Translations under genes and position numbers: made by a program
Notes under the pieces: model-generated
Database searches by the model: none
What the model saw: the letters and a program-made list of their open reading frames with translations, nothing else
What the model was told of the DNA's origin: nothing
IMG/VR virus record: IMGVR_UViG_3300044960_000113
Location: 1-64,000 of that record
Length of the DNA: 64,000 nucleotides
Strand: one strand, 5' to 3'
Origin: a virus
In this document: positions 60,575-64,000 of the stretch, piece by piece
Layout of the letters: each line of letters begins with the position of its first letter
Position numbering within the stretch: the stretch's first letter is position 1

Positions 60575-61261
60575 TTATAATAAATGTTGTTCAATATAAT
60601 TTCTATCTTGTGTAAAAATTGGAATTTCATTATCTATATTAATTTTAGAGCAACAAGTTCCTCGTTTTTTCCATGTATCTAAATCATTCCAATTTATATT
60701 AAATATATTTACTAACATATCCATTATATCTTTCGTATTTTTTCCTTGTAATTGATTATGAGAAAAATAATACCGTCCTAACATATTAATACTATTCCGT
60801 GTTGCATCTTGTTGACGCCATATAAAATAATTACACACTTCTTCTTTAGGTAAATTAAATACTCTAGAATCAAATAGTGCTTTTTTATTAGATTTTTTCC
60901 ATATATTGTTAAATATCATTGTTGCTATAGATGCTGAAACTGATGCCATTTTTTGAATATTATAATCAAACCATGCATCAGTTGTTACAGTATCCCAATC
61001 TCTTAATAAAATAGAAATTTCGTCGCTTTGAGTATATGCAAAAACTGCTCCTTGTATTTCTTTTGTTAATTCAAATGTAACTTGTGTCATAGTAATATGT
61101 AAATCATCATCAAAAGGTCTATCTAGATCTTTAGTAAAATTATGAAATGCTTTACCATCTAATCTAATAATTACGGGAGTACGTCGTGATAAATGATAAC
61201 GATTAACATCTTCATATCGTTTCATTCTAGTACCCAATGAATCTTTATCAAATTTACTCAT
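60575..61261 (-). CDS. tRNA(His) guanylyltransferase Thg1-like protein
   Basis: RMKRYE, IRLDGKAFHNFT, YTQSDEIS, KMASVSAS, FDSRVF, YFIWRQQDATRNS. Confidence 0.93.
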   Translation of the reverse strand: MSKFDKDSLGTRMKRYEDVNRYHLSRRTPVIIRLDGKAFHNFTKDLDRPFDDDLHITMTQVTFELTKEIQGAVFAYTQSDEISILLRDWDTVTTDAWFDYNIQKMASVSASIATMIFNNIWKKSNKKALFDSRVFNLPKEEVCNYFIWRQQDATRNSINMLGRYYFSHNQLQGKNTKDIMDMLVNIFNINWNDLDTWKKRGTCCSKINIDNEIPIFTQDRNYIEQHLL

Positions 61262-62570
61262 TTTTAAATTCTTCTAATTCATTTATATACATATCTTTTG
61301 CTGTTGTTGATTTAAGCTTTTTAATAAGAAGTTCTATATCAGCAATTTCTTTTTTAAGCGATTCTATTTCATCTTTAGTTAGAGAATAAATCGGAATTCT
61401 AATTAATTTATCAATATCTATAAATTTTTCCTGTTCTAAAATATCAATCATTTCTTTTTTGTTTTTATTTGAAAATTCTTTTGAATTTTTTAAATAATAA
61501 AGAATAAATCTTAATTTATTGTTTAACCATTCTAGTTCATCTGAATTTTTCTTAATAAGTGCTTGACGACGTTCTTCATATCGTTCAAGTCTCCATTTAA
61601 CAAAATCTTCAATAATTTCTTCTGGTGAAGAATATTCTCTTATTTTTCCATTAGTGTCCCAAAGTGTGAAATTTTCTGTTTCACGTGAAATAAGTTTAAG
61701 TTTTTGTTTAATAATATCTTCACTTAAAGCTGTTGTAGATCTAGGAACATTGAGGATGAATTCAAATCCATTTTCTGTTGATAGATCCTCAAAACTTTTA
61801 ATAAATCCATTATCTTCTAATTTATATAGATTATTTTTAAAATCATTTAAAAATGTACCAATTGGTAACTCTGTTACTTTAATTGTTGTACCATTGACTA
61901 TTTCTATTTGTCCTTCAATAATAGTTTGATTTCCATTTCTATAAATTTTTCCTTTAAATCCACGATACCAAGGAATCAATGGCTTAATTTTTTTACCTGA
62001 TAAAATTGAAATAACAGCATTCTTAATATCAATTGGGTTATAACCTAAAATTTTACATGCATAACCAGTTCCAACACCTTGAGCACCATTAATTAAAATT
62101 GTTGGAAGAATAGGAATATAATATTTAGGTTCAATTCTAACACCATCTTCTTCTTGATATTTAAGAATAATGTCATCTTCTTTTCTAAATAATTTTCTAA
62201 AATTTTCAGAAAATTTTGTAAAAACATAACGAGGTGATGCTGATTCTGGACTTAATCTTGACCCAAATTGTCCAGATGGTTCAAATAAATTCATGTTATT
62301 TGAACCTGGATAATTTTGAGCCATACCAATGACTGTCGTTTCAAGAGATGCAGTTCCATGATGATATACTGAAACAGCTGCAATATGTGCTGCAATTCGT
62401 TCTACTTGGATTTCAGGTGCATTTTCACCTCTATCTAAAAATCCATAAATTGATTTTCTTTGAGAAGGTTTTAAACCATCACAAACCGATGGTATAGAAC
62501 GAACACAATCATATAGTGAAAATTGTTTAAATTCATTATTAATGAAATCTTTAACTCTTAATATTTCCAT
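61254..62570 (-). CDS. DNA topoisomerase II, GyrA/ParC-like subunit (T4 gp52-like)
   Basis: RSIPS..DGLKPSQRK, YHHG, GQFGSR, ASPRYV (catalytic Tyr), NGAQGVGTG. Confidence 0.95.
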   Translation of the reverse strand: MEILRVKDFINNEFKQFSLYDCVRSIPSVCDGLKPSQRKSIYGFLDRGENAPEIQVERIAAHIAAVSVYHHGTASLETTVIGMAQNYPGSNNMNLFEPSGQFGSRLSPESASPRYVFTKFSENFRKLFRKEDDIILKYQEEDGVRIEPKYYIPILPTILINGAQGVGTGYACKILGYNPIDIKNAVISILSGKKIKPLIPWYRGFKGKIYRNGNQTIIEGQIEIVNGTTIKVTELPIGTFLNDFKNNLYKLEDNGFIKSFEDLSTENGFEFILNVPRSTTALSEDIIKQKLKLISRETENFTLWDTNGKIREYSSPEEIIEDFVKWRLERYEERRQALIKKNSDELEWLNNKLRFILYYLKNSKEFSNKNKKEMIDILEQEKFIDIDKLIRIPIYSLTKDEIESLKKEIADIELLIKKLKSTTAKDMYINELEEFKNE

Positions 62571-62610
62571 AATTAAACCTTTATTTTTTTAAGAGAATTA
62601 TATTACAAAA

Positions 62611-63999
62611 TTAAGCTATATTTAGCCATTTTTTCCTATCATCTGCTCTTTGTTTATTAAATGCTAAATCTATAGCATCTGAATCAGATTCATCATCTAT
62701 TGACATTTGAACAATATGTTTATCCATATGTTCTAAATATTCGCTAAATTCTTTTGATGTAGATGTACCTAATCCTTTATAATATTTCATTTTATGTTTA
62801 ACGTTTGAATTATTAGATAACCAATGGTGATATTCTTCTTCATTATAAAACCATTTTTCCTCTTTCTTCTTACCTTCTATCCATATTTTAATAAGCGGCG
62901 TTTTAAAAAATCCTATAACACCCATTTTAAATAATTCTGGCCAAAATGTATAAAATAAGTTTTGAAGAAGTCCTTTAATATGTGAACCATCTAAATCAGC
63001 ATCTGTTGTTGCTAAAATTTTACCAAATCGTAATTGTGCAATTGATGTAACTGGTTCACCAATTTTTAGTCCAGTAATAGTTAATATCTTCTTTATTTCT
63101 TCATTTTCTAAAATTTTTTTTATGTCTTCTTTTGACGTTAAATCACTAACATTAAGTGGTTTACCTTTAAGTGGAAATGACGCAATATATGGATTTTTAC
63201 CACGACCAGACTGAATTGCTGCTGCAGCAGAATCACCTTCACATAATAAAAGAACGCATTTATGTCTATCCCGTTTTTCTAAAGCATCAGAAAATTTTTC
63301 AATTCTTCGAGGATCTGTTTTATCAACTTCTTTATTTAATTTTCTTAACTCAGCCATTTGCTGTGCATGAGCTTTAGCATTAATCCAATCCAATACAGAT
63401 TGAATGATGTGAGATTGAGATAACTTTTTGATTAATTTTTCTGAAACTTCACATTTATCACGAAGATCCTTTGGTAATTCACTAATCAATTTTTCTTTTG
63501 TTTGTGAATCATATTTAGGATTAATGATCGTTGCGTCAACAAAAAGAATAATATGTTGTCTAATTTCTGATGGTTTAACATCTATTTTAAATTTTTTCTT
63601 AAAAAGTGTTCTAAGTTTTTCTGCTATGTCTAATGCAATAAAATCAACATGTGAACCACCAACAGTTGTTTCAGATCCATTAACGAATGATACATGTTGG
63701 AATCCATCATCAGAATGTGCTATACCTATTTTCCATCCAGACGAAAGTTCCTCATATTCATATTCATCTGAATACATTTCAATATAATCTTTAAATGAAT
63801 GTATATGTATACGTTCACCATTAAGATATACTTTAAGGTTTGGATTACATGCTGCAACATCTACAACACGTTTAAGAATTTTGGAATAATTTCCATCATC
63901 TAATGTACATCCTAAACGTTCATAGTCTGGAAGAAATGTTATTTTTGTGTGTGGTTTATCACCATCTCTTACTTTAGGATCTTTTTTTATGTGATTATT
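62611..63999 (-). CDS. DNA topoisomerase II, GyrB/ParE-like subunit (T4 gp39/60-like), 5' part beyond window
   Basis: EGDSA, PLKGKPLN, TDADLDGSHI, YYKGLGT; frame stays open upstream of 63777 to window end. Confidence 0.95.
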   Translation of the reverse strand, partial: NNHIKKDPKVRDGDKPHTKITFLPDYERLGCTLDDGNYSKILKRVVDVAACNPNLKVYLNGERIHIHSFKDYIEMYSDEYEYEELSSGWKIGIAHSDDGFQHVSFVNGSETTVGGSHVDFIALDIAEKLRTLFKKKFKIDVKPSEIRQHIILFVDATIINPKYDSQTKEKLISELPKDLRDKCEVSEKLIKKLSQSHIIQSVLDWINAKAHAQQMAELRKLNKEVDKTDPRRIEKFSDALEKRDRHKCVLLLCEGDSAAAAIQSGRGKNPYIASFPLKGKPLNVSDLTSKEDIKKILENEEIKKILTITGLKIGEPVTSIAQLRFGKILATTDADLDGSHIKGLLQNLFYTFWPELFKMGVIGFFKTPLIKIWIEGKKKEEKWFYNEEEYHHWLSNNSNVKHKMKYYKGLGTSTSKEFSEYLEHMDKHIVQMSIDDESDSDAIDLAFNKQRADDRKKWLNIA

Positions 64000-64000
64000 T

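Noticed and set aside
1-64000. Stop-codon reassignment (as in some jumbo phages)
   Set aside because: Core genes are full length under the standard code and the window is densely coded
1-64000. tRNA, rRNA or tmRNA genes
   Set aside because: No cloverleaf, T-loop or rRNA-like sequence was recognised by eye in the few intergenic gaps; tRNAscan-SE or Infernal would be needed to exclude them

Overview
This is an AT-rich segment of a large T4-related (probably jumbo) dsDNA phage genome, almost entirely encoded on the minus strand. It carries a replication module (gp41-like helicase, gp61-like primase, RNase H-like 5' nuclease, family B polymerase, probable clamp, DsbA-like protein) and two homing endonucleases. 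It also has a glycosyltransferase / radical SAM / sulfotransferase cluster, tail-fibre-like structural genes, PhoH, ClpP, DnaJ, ThyA, dUTPase, a Thg1-like protein, Rnl1 and both type II topoisomerase subunits. The standout feature is a family of 14 paralogous genes (12 in one translationally coupled 9-kb array, 2 more about 4 kb away). Each has a constant N-cap and C-cap around 4-12 copies of a 21-aa LRR-like repeat; the repeats are visibly shuffled between genes and vary mainly at predicted concave-face positions. All begin with a leader resembling the T4 capsid-targeting sequence, and the main array lies behind a T4-type late promoter motif, suggesting a diversified repertoire of virion-packaged binding proteins. 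A sulfotransferase split by a frameshift at an (AT)n run, and a RimK-RimB fusion, are also notable. All family assignments come from motif recognition by eye; no database searches were run.
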